This document shows, in pieces, positions 10,101 through 17,650 of a stretch of DNA of 64,000 bases. Position 1 is the stretch's first letter; each line of letters begins with the position of its first letter. Origin of the DNA: Bacteroidales bacterium (GTDB taxonomy: Bacteria; Bacteroidota; Bacteroidia; Bacteroidales; WCHB1-69); contig JAFYAW010000018.1 of NCBI GenBank assembly GCA_017540505.1, positions 21,286 to 85,285 on the forward strand, read 5' to 3'. The position numbers and the translations under genes were made by a program. The notes under the pieces are model-generated. The model ran no database searches. It was not told where the DNA came from and saw only the letters and a list, made by a program, of their open reading frames with translations.

Positions 10101-10563
10101 CTCTGGTGAACAGCGGGTATATCACGCCGCTGACAGGGTGCTCGTAGTCGCTCTCCACAAGGACATCCTCCACGGAGTCGGATACCAGGGTGTAGGCGTC
10201 GCCCTGCGACAGGCCGGTCTGGCATAGGGCCGTCACCCGCACTTTGTAATGTCCGGGCCAGAGATGTGTGACGGAGGGGAGTGTGCTCTTCAGGATGGAG
10301 TCCTCGCCTGCGAGCGGGATGTACGCGTAGCGGATCTGTGACAGGCGTGAGCCCGTCGTGTCGTGCAATGTGCAGTGGATTTCACCATCGGCTTGGCATT
10401 TGGCTGGGATAGTGCTGATTTCCAGCCGTATAGGACAGTTTTGCCCCAATAGGCTGCCGATGCAAAATAAAGAATTAATTGTTAAAAATGCACGAAAAAA
10501 AACGGAGAGCCTTTTGACTCTCCGTTTCGTGCTCTTGCCGTTTTGTGATTTTGGTGGGACCAT
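7117..10563 (-). CDS. Large secreted multi-repeat protein with C-terminal FISUMP (Fibrobacter succinogenes major paralogous) domain
   Basis: Signal-like N-terminus. Repeated xxDxxGC modules (DACGYH, DAHGCPV, GSGCGIL). The C-terminal ~200 aa carry YDGNIYPAVRIGHYCWTQRNL...CPDGWYLP...FSALPAGFY...FWSTS...GYSIRC, typical of TIGR02145. Confidence 0.75.
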   Translation of the reverse strand: MVPPKSQNGKSTKRRVKRLSVFFRAFLTINSLFCIGSLLGQNCPIRLEISTIPAKCQADGEIHCTLHDTTGSRLSQIRYAYIPLAGEDSILKSTLPSVTHLWPGHYKVRVTALCQTGLSQGDAYTLVSDSVEDVLVESDYEHPVSGVIYPLFTREHPYGTVPSLRCKPTGKIQLKIERGTLPYTVEISRISGSDTLFWRSVTFTSPQHTGDDPLRYDFRDYYTIDSLPVGEYRFLCHDACGYHTPALTAPVPEVRYNLRNQKFLLRNSSGDIYSHNVITIKNMLIEAYSSESNDDYYHYSGEAIYEYRFLNPAVLTGPDTTSWYNLPPSSTQGTFIRDTVSQANCYCNIWFKPITMQVRPKACEDTLVEFHFTIYPQGQITDNLLPVNRLVLATQEYYDTCGYQTARYENVITGLKLFSQRIIPVNIYMPADSLNHPSDKAYTLMTEEGGIPNSTVGMQYHSYVTLPVTWKVTNATTDTVLFSDMESTLDYSWILSSNVTSGVNAGDTLIVEIVDAHGCPVHATTIVYKPEPGGGIASYYRNYDWATTTQDFKEYCPDGRYGVGVFQINGAYGLSRAEDGTRKASYRDVTVELVGSPRNNFYNFTTHTDSIGHLTTHRQNTDNHANIEIIPYKHNGSNRPLLLLSDTALPNGRYTWVVTSACNRSKDTLVQDFLRESPEIAEPPAYQFRQQCTRLEITPIAGQFAKGGQNLQTYFQVYLGDSIIHSANAVVKGEPLLVGVAGDYRLSMYTLPQGGDAYLPTNPCFHVDTIIHWDGATLDFKYLYSYVCNSADTTGFVHSKARGGSEPYIYRLFAQPDGQGPLIAQNSTGYFEDVPLRFMQNMSVQMEDACNAHFLTNFRVSDMESIRKCWLEDGEATVGYEVGDTCHLHGLAMEEFTYHWTGPNGFESQQRDVNLLLSLTDEGMYHIDIIGSGCGILHDSVLVRIQDPWVNLPCPDAVDYDGNIYPAVRIGHYCWTQRNLESQHYADGRKIPRVMGYASDMYPDTLENIRIFGCLYTWRDAMDSLKKDSLTAGGHHPGICPDGWYLPEREQYEALSLYGAYALRSPLYWINDSGGNNSTQFSALPAGFYNGTRKRFENLLGETRFWSTSGDENSENTLFFSMTFPCHKLEEKEDADNFGYSIRCILEE

Positions 10564-10599
10564 TTTTTTGATATTGGTTAATAGATTTTAATTTCGCGG

Positions 10600-10607
10600 C
10601 AAAGATA
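10600..10607 (-). promoter_or_regulatory. -7 box TATCTTTG (minus strand)
   Basis: Reverse complement of CAAAGATA, 37 nt upstream of the ATG at 10563. Confidence 0.55.
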
Positions 10608-10704
10608 TAAAAATAATTTAAAATACCATTTTATTTGATGAAAAATTTATATAAAATAGTCAAATTTAACAATTAATAGTTAAAAATTCGATTTTTTGTT
10701 GGAA

Positions 10705-10900
10705 GATTAGAGATTGGAGTTTAGAGTTGAGGGAGAAACGTTAAAGTGTTATGGGTCAACAGCTATATCAGGCCATTAAAAAACTAAGAAATTAAGAAGT
10801 TAAGAAACCAAAAACCAATGCTAACAGCCAAAAGCTAATGGCATGTCGTAATCGAAAACCGCAAACCGCAAATCGTAAATCGCAGACTCCAAGCCTACAT
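10705..10900 (-). repeat. Heptanucleotide-phased drifting tandem array (about 28 units), inverted relative to the other arrays
   Basis: Reads in one 7-nt phase: GATTAGA GATTGGA GTTTAGA GTTGAGG ... AACTAAG AAATTAA GAAGTTA AGAAACC AAAAACC AATGCTA ACAGCCA AAAGCTA ... TCGAAAA CCGCAAA CCGCAAA TCGTAAA TCGCAGA. The reverse complement gives the TCTAATC/TCTAAAC/CCTCAAC units seen at 14256 and 53277. Confidence 0.8.
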
Positions 10901-10915
10901 TCTGCCGAAAAGTTG

Positions 10916-10923
10916 TATTTTTG
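10916..10923 (+). promoter_or_regulatory. -7 box TATTTTTG
   Basis: TAnnTTTG 54 nt upstream of the ATG at 10977. Confidence 0.5.
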
Positions 10924-10976
10924 CCGTATGAGATAATTATTTTTAACGTATTATAAGACAATAAGATAAAACAAAA

Positions 10977-12479
10977 ATGAGAAAGTTCTGTTCCCTCTTT
11001 TTTCTGATTCTGACAACGTTGTCATCGTTATTCGCCCAGGAACCGTTGGATGAGCTGCTGGACGGTGGGTTGTCAGGGGTGCCGTTGCACAGCCATTTTG
11101 CCAGTATCGATAACAACCATTATGTCATCTTCTCCAGCGCCTATTTGAATCAGGATGTGTTGGTGACCCTTCCTGAAAATGACGGGAAAGGGTCGCAGGT
11201 GCAGCAGCAACACCCCACAGACTATGTTTTGCTGGTGGCCTACGAAGACGCGAATAACATTCATGGCATTTATAAACATTACAATTACAAAACCCAAACA
11301 TACGGTCTGTACCTGAACTCGTACCAAAAAGCCGCTGCTTCCGCCGAGTGGAAACCGGAAAACCTCATTTCTGTCCCGCTTGACAAGTCGGAGGACATCC
11401 GCGTGCGCAGTGCCGTTTCTCCCGACAGGAGCAAGGCCGCCGTGGCCCTGTTTCTCACCAATTTCAAGGCCAACAGTTTGAAAGGCTCGCTGGTGCTGGC
11501 CTTCGATGAGAACGGCATGCGTTGGAAAAACCCCTTGGATTTGGAATTTGAAAACAATACCATCCAGATTCTCGATTTTGCTGTCAGCAACAATATGAAA
11601 GCTTATACCTCCATTCTCTCGTTCGATAAGGACAAAGATGGGAAACAGCGTGAAAACGAGGTTCTGCATCTATACGAAAGCGGTGAGTATGGGGAACTTA
11701 ACAACGCCGAATGCGCGATAGAGTTCGGCAGTCTTTCGTGCGGACGATTGCTGATGACCAGAAAGGGTGGCGTGATGATGGGCGGCTATTACGCCCCGGA
11801 ACCGGAGAAGAAAGAAACAGGCTGTTACATGGTGCATTATGGTATGAGCCCGCTGGAGTGCGCCAACATCAGTCACGAGGACTTCCCGGAGACCTATTAT
11901 GCGTATGTGCATACCTCAGCAGGCAAGAAGGCAAAGGACTTCTCGGTCTATCCGATGGCTTTCTATGAATTCGCGGACGGCAATGTGGCACTGCTGGGCG
12001 ATATGTACACCACATACAATCTTACCATGACCTTTTCTGCCGGTGGCAACATTGTTATTCACATGGCCGACAGTCGCGGTGACATCACCCAGTTCAAGAC
12101 GGTGGGCAAAATGCAGACCTCGGTGATGGTCTCCCCGCCGGCAAGTCTGAACAAATATTTATTCTCCTATCATGCTTTAATGCACAATGACAAAATACAT
12201 ATCTTTTTCTCGGATAACATCAAAAACTACCAGGGAGGGTCCGGCCAGAACAGTTTCGTGGACGTGAGTATGATGGGGAAAATGCTTTATAAGGGTCATT
12301 GTGCTGCACATTGCACACTGGACCACAATGGGGAGGTCTCCAAACCGGAATTGCTGATGGATTATGCCGACTATGGCGGATATATGATTGCTCCTTTATA
12401 CGTGGAGGACGATGGCTTTGTGTTTTTGAAAACGGGTAAGAAAGCCAGACAAATTGCCAAATTGAAACATTCTTTTTGA
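10977..12479 (+). CDS. Hypothetical secreted protein
   Basis: Signal peptide MRKFCSLFFLILTTLSSLFAQ. Long ORF with backbone-like composition. No family recognised. Confidence 0.6.
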   Translation: MRKFCSLFFLILTTLSSLFAQEPLDELLDGGLSGVPLHSHFASIDNNHYVIFSSAYLNQDVLVTLPENDGKGSQVQQQHPTDYVLLVAYEDANNIHGIYKHYNYKTQTYGLYLNSYQKAAASAEWKPENLISVPLDKSEDIRVRSAVSPDRSKAAVALFLTNFKANSLKGSLVLAFDENGMRWKNPLDLEFENNTIQILDFAVSNNMKAYTSILSFDKDKDGKQRENEVLHLYESGEYGELNNAECAIEFGSLSCGRLLMTRKGGVMMGGYYAPEPEKKETGCYMVHYGMSPLECANISHEDFPETYYAYVHTSAGKKAKDFSVYPMAFYEFADGNVALLGDMYTTYNLTMTFSAGGNIVIHMADSRGDITQFKTVGKMQTSVMVSPPASLNKYLFSYHALMHNDKIHIFFSDNIKNYQGGSGQNSFVDVSMMGKMLYKGHCAAHCTLDHNGEVSKPELLMDYADYGGYMIAPLYVEDDGFVFLKTGKKARQIAKLKHSF

Positions 12480-12496
12480 CGCATCCCCTTTTTTTG

Positions 12497-12504
12497 TATC
12501 TTTG
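12497..12504 (+). promoter_or_regulatory. -7 box TATCTTTG for glnS
   Basis: TAnnTTTG 37 nt upstream of the ATG. Confidence 0.55.
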
Positions 12505-12540
12505 CCGCTTGTTTTTCAAAACTCATAAAACACAGGCCCT

Positions 12541-14172
12541 ATGAATTTCATTGAACAAATTATTGAAGAAGACATACGTAACAACAAGAACGACGCCAAG
12601 GTGCACACCCGATTCCCTCCGGAGCCGAACGGGTATCTTCACATCGGACACGCCAAATCCATCTGCCTGAACTTCGGCATGGCGCAGAAATATGGCGGCA
12701 AGTGCAACCTGCGCTTCGACGACACCAATCCCGTGAAGGAGGACACCGAGTATGTGGACTCCATCCGCGAGGATATCCAGTGGTTGGGTTTCCAGTGGGC
12801 GGCAGAATACTATGCTTCCGATTATTTTGATCAATTATATGCTTGGGCTGAACAGCTGATACAGGAAGGACTTGCATACGTGGACGATCAGACGCAGGAA
12901 GAAATCAGCAAAGGACGTGGCGTGCCTACCGCACCCGGTGAGGAGAGTCCCTATCGCAACCGTACGCCGGAGGAGAACCTCGACCTGTTCCGCCGTATGC
13001 GCGCGGGCGAGTTCCCGGATGGCAGCCGCGTACTCCGGGCCAAGATCGACATGGCCTCCCCGAATATGCACTTCCGCGACCCCATCATGTACCGTATCCT
13101 ACATGCCACCCATCACCGTACCGGCGACAAGTGGTGCATCTACCCCATGTACGACTTCGCCCACGGCCAGAGCGACTCCATCGAGGGCATCACACATTCC
13201 ATCTGCACGTTGGAGTTCGAGGTGCATCGTCCGTTGTACGACTGGTTCTGTGAGGCGTTGCGCATCCATCATCCCCAGCAGATTGAGTTCGCACGGTTGA
13301 ACCTCAACTACACCATTATGAGCAAGCGGAAGCTTTTGCAATTGGTGAAGGAGGGCTATGTGAACGGTTGGGACGATCCGCGCATGCCCACCATCTGCGG
13401 CTTGCGTAGAAGAGGTTACACGGCTGCGTCGCTGCGCAATTTCGCAGAGACCGTAGGCGTGGCCAAGCGCGATAACATCATCGATGTGTCGCTACTGGAG
13501 TACTGTGTGCGTGAGGACCTCAACAAAACCGCCATCCGTACCATGGCTGTGCTCGACCCGGTGAAGCTCATCATCGACAACTATCCCGAAGGGCAAGTGG
13601 AGGAGATGACCGCTGTGAACAACCCCGAGGACCCCGAAGCCGGCACCCGCACCGTGCCCTTCTCCAAGGAACTCTGGATTGAGCGCGCCGACTTCCGCGA
13701 AAACGCCGACAAGAAATTCTATCGCCTCTCCATCGACCGGGAGGTCCGCCTCAAATACGCCTACATCATCAAATGCACCCATATTGTGAAAGATGATGCC
13801 GGCAACATTACGGAAATTCATTGCACTTACGACCCGATGACCAAGAGCGGCATGCCCGACAGCAACCGCAAGGTGAAAGCCACCATCCACTGGGCCTCTG
13901 TGCAACATGCCCGCAAGGCTGAAATCCGCCTTTTCGACCGTCTCTTCAGTGTGCCCGATCCCGACAACTGCGAGGAAGGACAGACGTTCCTCGACCATCT
14001 CAACCCCAACTCCCTCGTGGTGCAAGAAGGCTGGATCGAACCCACCCTCACCCTCGACAAGGCCATGCAGATTCAGCACTTCCAGTTCGAGCGTCTCGGC
14101 TATTTCTACGCCGACCCCGACTCCACGGAAGAACGTCTCGTGTTCAACAAGACCGTAAGTCTGAAGCAGTAA
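12541..14172 (+). CDS. glnS: Glutamine--tRNA ligase
   Basis: Class I HIGH motif ([14 protein letters not shown]), KMSKS-type motif (IMSKRKL), GlnRS-like C-terminal domain. Confidence 0.92.
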   Translation: MNFIEQIIEEDIRNNKNDAKVHTRFPPEPNGYLHIGHAKSICLNFGMAQKYGGKCNLRFDDTNPVKEDTEYVDSIREDIQWLGFQWAAEYYASDYFDQLYAWAEQLIQEGLAYVDDQTQEEISKGRGVPTAPGEESPYRNRTPEENLDLFRRMRAGEFPDGSRVLRAKIDMASPNMHFRDPIMYRILHATHHRTGDKWCIYPMYDFAHGQSDSIEGITHSICTLEFEVHRPLYDWFCEALRIHHPQQIEFARLNLNYTIMSKRKLLQLVKEGYVNGWDDPRMPTICGLRRRGYTAASLRNFAETVGVAKRDNIIDVSLLEYCVREDLNKTAIRTMAVLDPVKLIIDNYPEGQVEEMTAVNNPEDPEAGTRTVPFSKELWIERADFRENADKKFYRLSIDREVRLKYAYIIKCTHIVKDDAGNITEIHCTYDPMTKSGMPDSNRKVKATIHWASVQHARKAEIRLFDRLFSVPDPDNCEEGQTFLDHLNPNSLVVQEGWIEPTLTLDKAMQIQHFQFERLGYFYADPDSTEERLVFNKTVSLKQ

Positions 14173-14178
14173 TTGTCC

Positions 14179-14290
14179 ATTGGGATTTGGGTATTGTGGA
14201 ATTAGGCTTTGGCCATTAGCCGTTAGCTATTGGCTTTTAGCTTTTAACTTTTAACTCTAAACTCTAATCTCTCAACTCTAAACTATTAAA
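14179..14290 (+). repeat. Heptanucleotide-phased drifting tandem array (16 units) filling the glnS-downstream spacer
   Basis: ATTGGGA TTTGGGT ATTGTGG AATTAGG CTTTGGC CATTAGC CGTTAGC TATTGGC TTTTAGC TTTTAAC TTTTAAC TCTAAAC TCTAATC TCTCAAC TCTAAAC TATTAAA. Confidence 0.85.
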
Positions 14291-14295
14291 CAGAC

Positions 14296-14715
14296 ATGCA
14301 CTGCCTCACCGATTACGACACCAAGGTGCTGCTCGCCTTCAATCTGAGCTTGCAGGGCGACCGGAAATTCAGTGATTTCCTGATGCAGAACGGGTATCCG
14401 GAGTTGGAGGCGTTGTCGTCGTCCATCCATTCGAACATTGCGGCCCAGCAGTGGCTGTTGGACAATGGGTATCCGGAGTTCGCCGTGTTGAGCAATGCCA
14501 TCGACGACGAGCCGGAGGCTATTGACTGGTTGGAGAAGTACCATTGCGACTTCCTATCCAGGTTTGCGGCGGCGTGCCGGAAGGACCCGGCGGCCATGAA
14601 GTGGTTCGCGGCCAACGACTTGAAACTCTTCGTTATCATCATCAGCAATATCCAGAACATCCTGATGTACCAGTCGTGGGATGCCTCCGACATCCACAAG
14701 TTCCGGCGGAGTTGA
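14296..14715 (+). CDS. Hypothetical protein with internal NGYPE(L/F) repeats
   Basis: 139-aa ORF with a repeated ...(F/W)L(M/L)(Q/D)NGYPE(L/F)... motif. No signal peptide. Family not recognised. Confidence 0.5.
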   Translation: MHCLTDYDTKVLLAFNLSLQGDRKFSDFLMQNGYPELEALSSSIHSNIAAQQWLLDNGYPEFAVLSNAIDDEPEAIDWLEKYHCDFLSRFAAACRKDPAAMKWFAANDLKLFVIIISNIQNILMYQSWDASDIHKFRRS

Positions 14716-14734
14716 TGCTGTAATGGGATTTTTT

Positions 14735-15337
14735 CTAATGATAAAATATCACGCCGAAGTAGAAGCGTGGACCAGTGGGCTTTATCCATCCTGCCCGTGA
14801 AATGCTGTTCATCCAGTCGGCTTTCAATGTCAGATGCACGGCCTTGGTGAGGATGAAATCGCAACCCACAAAAGGAGTGATGGCACAGAAGCCTTGCTTG
14901 TGGAAGACGCTCTCCTGCTCGCTGGTCCAGTCGGTGGCGCTGCCGTCGAGTAGCAGAAAGGTGGTCTGCGTGCCGCCACCTATCGTCAGTCCCACGTAGG
15001 GCATGACATGTTTGAAAGGCCAGTAGAACTCGCCTAACAGACCGCCCCATCCGTATTTGATATAGCTTCCGTTGCGCAGTTGGCGCAGTGTGGATACGTA
15101 TCCCTCGCCTCCGACCATCCAATGGCGGCCCAAGGCTACGCGGATGACGCCGCCTAGTCCGAAGGGTGCTCCCTGTGCGTGGTACCCGATTTCCGGTAGC
15201 GTGCCCTGCAGATAGCCGGTATGGACCATCATGCCGCCATTGAAGCCCGCCACCACCTTCGGCTGTGTTGTCTCCTGACCTTGCAGGGAGAACAGACAAA
15301 GGAAACATATCAAACCTAATAGAAAAAGACGCCTCAT
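14735..15337 (-). CDS. Small outer-membrane beta-barrel-like protein
   Basis: Signal peptide; alternating hydrophobic/Gly-rich strands; aromatic-rich C-terminus. Confidence 0.55.
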   Translation of the reverse strand: MRRLFLLGLICFLCLFSLQGQETTQPKVVAGFNGGMMVHTGYLQGTLPEIGYHAQGAPFGLGGVIRVALGRHWMVGGEGYVSTLRQLRNGSYIKYGWGGLLGEFYWPFKHVMPYVGLTIGGGTQTTFLLLDGSATDWTSEQESVFHKQGFCAITPFVGCDFILTKAVHLTLKADWMNSISRAGWIKPTGPRFYFGVIFYH

Positions 15338-15347
15338 TTTCTAACGA

Positions 15348-17579
15348 TTACATGTAACTGTGCATACCGCCCAAGATGAGGTTCACGCCGAAGTAGGTGA
15401 TGACCACACTCAGGAACGCCACGATGCAGTAAATGTGGAAGAACATCGGCTTGCGGAAGGATTCCCAGACCGTATTGTGCAGCGGGGCGGCGTATATCAG
15501 GAGCGTGATCAGTGCCCACACCTCCTTCGGGTCCCAGGCCCAGTAGCGGCCCCACGAGATGTTGGCCCACACCGCCCCGATGATGATGCCTGCCGCCAGC
15601 AACACCACTGCCGGGTATAACATGATCCGGCTGATGTCCTGCAAACGCTCTATATAGGAGCTGTTTCCCGGTTGAGCGCATCGCACTACCACCGCACTGA
15701 TGCCGTTAAGCATGATGAAAAACAACAAGGCGTAGGCTATCATGATCACGGTGACGTGAAGGCTGAGCAGGGGAGAGGTGAGCACCGGCATCAGATAGGT
15801 CACCGGCGGGTTGGCACCGCCCATCATCTGTACTAACAGCACGAAGCCGGTCATCAGCAGGCCTGCAGGCAGGGCGAACTCATATTTTTTTGCCATTATC
15901 AAGGTGATGATGGCGATACTTAAGGCCAAAAGATTCATCGAATCGAAGCTGCCGGCCATCGGCACGTGGCCGCCGGCAATCCAGCGCAGGACGAACAGGA
16001 TGGCCAAGAAGAGAGCCAATAGCGTCATCCACACCAAAGCTAACCGTCGTACGGGTGTGTGAAGTTTTTTGCCCCTCCCCATGCAGTAGAGGGCCAACGC
16101 AAAACAGAACAGGCCTAATGTGATGTTGAGGATGGCTAACCATTTACCCGCGGTCAAGCGGTTGTATAGCCGCTCGGCCCGGTACTGCGTTTTAGAGGGC
16201 ACATTTCCCAAAGCGTATTTTTCCTGATAGATCCGCGTTTTCTCGAAAACCTCATTCAAGGCGTCGAAGTCGCCTTTCACCACATATTCCTGGCAAAGGC
16301 TCAGCTGTTTGCGGATGAAGAGGTATTCGTCATCGGAAATTTCAAGCGGTAGTTCGTCGTTTTGCGAATACCAGGTGATGTTGCCGGTGCTGTCGGCGTG
16401 GGGGAACATCTTGAGCAATTTGCCGTTGTACAGCATGTTGATGAGTTGGAATTTCTCATCGGCGGACCTGTACTTCTTGCGCAGGGGGTCGCCCATGGGG
16501 AGTGACTGCACCTTGCCATCAAGTTTGTACTGTCCGTAGTTGTCGCTGAAATCGCTCAGGCGGGCGTATCTGCCGTCCGTGCCGAGCGTTTCGCGCACGG
16601 CGTCGCCTTTGATTTTGAAAACGGGCTCATTCTGCCAGTCGTAGGCATAGAACAACCAGCCGCTGAATACCTGCTCCGGTGAGTAGCCGCGGTAGCGGGC
16701 GTTGCCGCAGAGCTTGGTGGTGAAATCCTTGGCCAACGTCTGCAGCGGGCAGACGCGTCCCTTGTACATCACATACATCTGTCCCATCTTGTCGGCACTT
16801 TCCCGGGGTAGCACGCGGGGCTTTCCGCTGGCCGCGTATGCGGGAGTTGTCATGCCAAGCATCAGCACGCAGGCGAGCAGCACGGCCGTGGGGGTGCTGA
16901 CTTTCCGCAATAGGGTGCGGAACTGTCCGTTGTGTTCGAAAAACAGCCATCCCATAGCGATGAGCAGCAGGATGTAGCCTGCGTAGGTCACGCCCGTGCC
17001 CCAGGGATCGTGAGCCACCGCGAGCACTGAGTTGCCCTCCTCGTCGTAATCGCTCTGATAGAAGCGGTAATGACGGTATTTCAAAATGTGGTTCATGGAA
17101 ATCCGTGCGTCGTAGAGGAATTTCCCGTCGGTGATTATGAGGTAGCTCACAAAGTCCATGGGCGAGCGGGTGCCGGGGTATGTCTCTACCTCGAAGCGGT
17201 CGAGGGTGAGAGTGAAGGGCAACTGCGCTTCGCCGCTCCCGTCTTTTTGCTCAAGGGTGAAGCAGTCGGCGGCCACGCCCGGATGCAAGGTCATCTCCCC
17301 GTGCTGGCCGGTGAGCTTGGTGAGCAGGGCGCCGAGCAGAATCAGCAACACGGCAAGGTGCAGGGTGCAGACGGCTGGCCGCCGCCAGGATTTCCCGGTC
17401 AGCAGCATGACCACCATGCCGGCGGCGGCCAGGGCCAACAGCACGGCAAACCACCAAGAGCCATATACGTGCGCCAGCGCGTAGTCGGAACCGTGGAATT
17501 TTTCCACAACGGTGCCTGCCGCCAATACGGCTATCAGGGAAACCATCAGGATGGTGAGGATATGTCGGAGCTTCTTCAT
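15348..17579 (-). CDS. ccsBA: Cytochrome c biogenesis system II synthetase, fused CcsB-CcsA
   Basis: Multi-pass membrane protein. The C-terminal part carries a WWD-type motif (WGRYWAWDPKEVW) and conserved His residues. 743 aa fits a fused CcsBA. Confidence 0.8.
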   Translation of the reverse strand: MKKLRHILTILMVSLIAVLAAGTVVEKFHGSDYALAHVYGSWWFAVLLALAAAGMVVMLLTGKSWRRPAVCTLHLAVLLILLGALLTKLTGQHGEMTLHPGVAADCFTLEQKDGSGEAQLPFTLTLDRFEVETYPGTRSPMDFVSYLIITDGKFLYDARISMNHILKYRHYRFYQSDYDEEGNSVLAVAHDPWGTGVTYAGYILLLIAMGWLFFEHNGQFRTLLRKVSTPTAVLLACVLMLGMTTPAYAASGKPRVLPRESADKMGQMYVMYKGRVCPLQTLAKDFTTKLCGNARYRGYSPEQVFSGWLFYAYDWQNEPVFKIKGDAVRETLGTDGRYARLSDFSDNYGQYKLDGKVQSLPMGDPLRKKYRSADEKFQLINMLYNGKLLKMFPHADSTGNITWYSQNDELPLEISDDEYLFIRKQLSLCQEYVVKGDFDALNEVFEKTRIYQEKYALGNVPSKTQYRAERLYNRLTAGKWLAILNITLGLFCFALALYCMGRGKKLHTPVRRLALVWMTLLALFLAILFVLRWIAGGHVPMAGSFDSMNLLALSIAIITLIMAKKYEFALPAGLLMTGFVLLVQMMGGANPPVTYLMPVLTSPLLSLHVTVIMIAYALLFFIMLNGISAVVVRCAQPGNSSYIERLQDISRIMLYPAVVLLAAGIIIGAVWANISWGRYWAWDPKEVWALITLLIYAAPLHNTVWESFRKPMFFHIYCIVAFLSVVITYFGVNLILGGMHSYM

Positions 17580-17604
17580 TTCTCGATTGGGGATTAATGT
17601 TTTG

Positions 17605-17612
17605 CAAATATA
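17605..17612 (-). promoter_or_regulatory. -7 box TATATTTG (minus strand) for ccsBA
   Basis: Reverse complement of CAAATATA, 26 nt upstream of the ATG at 17579. Confidence 0.5.
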
Positions 17613-17649
17613 AAAAAAATGTTGAGACGCAAGACTTTGCGTCTCAACT
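17612..17649 (-). terminator. Intrinsic terminator after the di-haem gene
   Basis: 10-bp GC-rich stem GTTGAGACGC/GCGTCTCAAC followed by a T-run on the minus strand. Confidence 0.8.
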
Positions 17650-17650
17650 G

